Assembly: GCA_963758525.1 (NCBI GenBank)
Contig: CAVWVQ010000003.1
Coordinates: 4,640,001 to 4,704,000, forward strand
Reading direction: 5' to 3'
DNA length: 64,000 bases
Source of the DNA: an uncultured Phycisphaerales bacterium
GTDB taxonomy: Bacteria; Planctomycetota; Phycisphaerae; Tepidisphaerales; Tepidisphaeraceae
The translations under genes were made by a program, and so were the position numbers. Positions 62,376 to 64,000 of the stretch are shown piece after piece. Below the pieces are notes generated by a model that was not told the DNA's origin, ran no database searches, and saw only the letters and a program-made list of their open reading frames with translations. Positions within the stretch are counted from its first letter, which is position 1; each line of letters opens with the position of its first letter.

Positions 62376-63362
62376 GTGGGAACTGAAACCGGCATCGAGT
62401 GGTGTCACCATACATTTAACGCGTGGCGCGGCTGCACCAAGGTCAGTGACGGCTGCAAATTCTGCTACGCGGATCGTGATTCAAAGCGCAATCCCAAGGT
62501 GCTGGGCGTGTGGGGGCCCAACGGAACGCGGGTGATCGCCGCCGAGGCGTATTGGCAGCAGCCGATCAAATGGAACCAGGCGGCGCGCGAAGCAGGCGAG
62601 CGACGGCATGTGTTCTGCGCCAGCCTGGCAGATGTGTACGAAGGGCGCGACACGATGCCAGAGCCATCGTGGGGGCCAGTGGAGGCAGCGGGCAAGCGAC
62701 TGCTGAAGGTCATCCACCGCACACCCTGGCTGGATTGGCTGCTGCTCACCAAGCGGCCGCAGAACATCATGTCGCTGACACAGGCGGCGCTCGATCCTGA
62801 GGATCTGACCGTCGCCGGGGATCCGGTTGGCGATGGCCTGCTCTCCGCCAGCTTCAAGGAGCTCTTCCCGACCGTCTGGCTTGGAACCAGTGTCGAGAAC
62901 CAGGAAGCGGTCCTTCGGGTGCATGAGCTGATGAAGGTGCGCGCGGCGGTCTGGTTCATCAGCGCCGAGCCGTTGCTCGGGCACGTGCAACTGCCTGAGG
63001 AGTTCCTCGCCCCGACATTCGCTGATGATGATCCGCGCACGCAGCGGTGGGTGATTGTCGGGGGTGAGTCAGGATCCCAGGCGAGGCCTATGCATCCTGT
63101 ATGGGCTGAATCGATCCGCGATCAGTGCGTTGCTGCCGGTGTCCCCTTCTTCTTCAAGCAAAACGGCGAATTCCGAACTACCACACTGGAGGAAGCTGAG
63201 GCGGACGATCCGCGCATCGTCACCATCAAGGAGACCGAGGATCACGACGATTGCGATAGATGGCCCGTGACGCGCGTCGGCAAGCGCGTCGCCGGCAGGA
63301 TGCTCGACGGGCGGGAGTGGTCCGAGTTTCCGCGGCCGCGGGCGGAGGCTGCGCATGTCTGA
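62376..63362 (+). CDS. DUF5131 (phage Gp37/Gp68-like) protein
   Basis: TGIEWCHHTFN, GCTKVSDGCKFCYA, LLTKRP, WLGTSVENQ, SAEPLL, WVIVGGESG, PFFFKQ and LDGREW motifs. Confidence 0.92.
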   Translation: MGTETGIEWCHHTFNAWRGCTKVSDGCKFCYADRDSKRNPKVLGVWGPNGTRVIAAEAYWQQPIKWNQAAREAGERRHVFCASLADVYEGRDTMPEPSWGPVEAAGKRLLKVIHRTPWLDWLLLTKRPQNIMSLTQAALDPEDLTVAGDPVGDGLLSASFKELFPTVWLGTSVENQEAVLRVHELMKVRAAVWFISAEPLLGHVQLPEEFLAPTFADDDPRTQRWVIVGGESGSQARPMHPVWAESIRDQCVAAGVPFFFKQNGEFRTTTLEEAEADDPRIVTIKETEDHDDCDRWPVTRVGKRVAGRMLDGREWSEFPRPRAEAAHV

Positions 63363-63870
63363 ACTCTTCCCCCTGGGCACTGCGCCCACTTCCGCGGTGA
63401 TCAGCGACTGCGGGCAATACCGCTATCAGCTCGGACGGCAGTGGCACGACCGCAAGCCGCTGATCGGCTTCGTGATGCTCAACCCGTCGACCGCAGACGC
63501 CGAGGCGGATGATCCCACAATCCGCAAATGCCTCGCCTTCGCCCGTGCGATGGACGGCGGCGGCATCCTGGTCGGCAATCTATTTGCCCTGCGGTCGACG
63601 GATCCCGATGAGCTGCTTACGCATCCAGGGCCGATCGGCCCTGAGAACAACGAGCACCTGCAGATCATTCGCCAGCGGTGCCCGCGCATCATCGTCGCAT
63701 GGGGCAATCACCGCGCCGTCAGTCGGAACCCGCTGCGTGTCCGCATTGCGCTGGATCTGCTGGGCGATGTTGAGTGCCTCGGCACCACCAAGGACGGCAG
63801 CCCGCGACATCCGCTTTACCGCAGCGGCAGCATGAAGCCAATCCCCTACCGAGAAGTAATCGCCGCATGA
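63355..63870 (+). CDS. DUF1643 family protein
   Basis: YRYQL, MLNPSTAD, DDPTIRKC, NLFALRST, VAWG and PRHPLY motifs. Confidence 0.92.
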   Translation: MSELFPLGTAPTSAVISDCGQYRYQLGRQWHDRKPLIGFVMLNPSTADAEADDPTIRKCLAFARAMDGGGILVGNLFALRSTDPDELLTHPGPIGPENNEHLQIIRQRCPRIIVAWGNHRAVSRNPLRVRIALDLLGDVECLGTTKDGSPRHPLYRSGSMKPIPYREVIAA

Positions 63871-64000
63871 CGAAACCAGCAAACACCATCCGCCTCGGCT
63901 ACGCGATCGACAGCGGCGAGCCGGTCGATCTGCCGCTGGGGCACCTGTGCGTCACCGGCCAGACGCAGCTTTCCGGCAAGACCACGACACTGGAAGGCCT
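63867..64000 (+). CDS. N-terminus of a HerA/DUF87-like P-loop ATPase (truncated)
   Basis: MTKPANTIRLGYAIDSGEPVDLPLGHLCVTGQTQLSGKTTTLEG, with a Walker A-like motif; ATGA overlap with the DUF1643 gene. Confidence 0.65.
   Translation, partial: MTKPANTIRLGYAIDSGEPVDLPLGHLCVTGQTQLSGKTTTLEG

Larger units (their letters stand above)
53084..64000 (+). mobile_element. Prophage-like or integrated element starting after tRNA-Gln, truncated by the window edge
   Basis: Abrupt switch to co-oriented, mostly overlapping or abutting genes of phage-typical families (DUF3268, MTase, primase, ParB, ThyX, DUF5131, DUF1643). No integrase or virion genes inside the window. Confidence 0.85.

Overview
GC-rich bacterial chromosomal segment. 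The gene set and repeat types suggest a planctomycete, probably Phycisphaerae (inference). Bases 1-53083 are mostly core genes: two ECF sigma factors with an RskA-like anti-sigma, two Ser/Thr kinases, a PAS histidine kinase/response regulator pair, tsaD, gnd-zwf, hisF, ppx, dprA, aroB, pdxA, riboflavin synthase, carA, a stand-alone fusA, an orphan DNA methyltransferase and a diguanylate cyclase. Several REP-like palindrome families are scattered through it, and one sits in frame inside tsaD. At 38.2-49.5 kb lies a nitrogen/cation cluster: two Amt, two P-II proteins lacking Tyr51, an ArsB/NhaD-type permease, a KimA/Kup-like APC transporter and two small proteins. Both amt promoters carry consensus sigma54 -24/-12 elements and shared upstream boxes. 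The divergent sigma54-type regulator has degenerate Walker A/B motifs and lacks GAFTGA and the Arg finger. tRNA-Gln(CTG) at 53013-53083 is followed by a prophage-like or integrated element that runs off the right edge (DUF3268-like protein, MTase, primase, P-loop ATPase, iteron-like inverted repeats, metallopeptidase, ParB, ThyX, DUF5131, DUF1643, HerA-like ATPase). About ten genes, including tsaD, carA and fusA, have single frameshifts best explained as assembly indel errors. All family calls come from motif recognition by eye, not from database searches.
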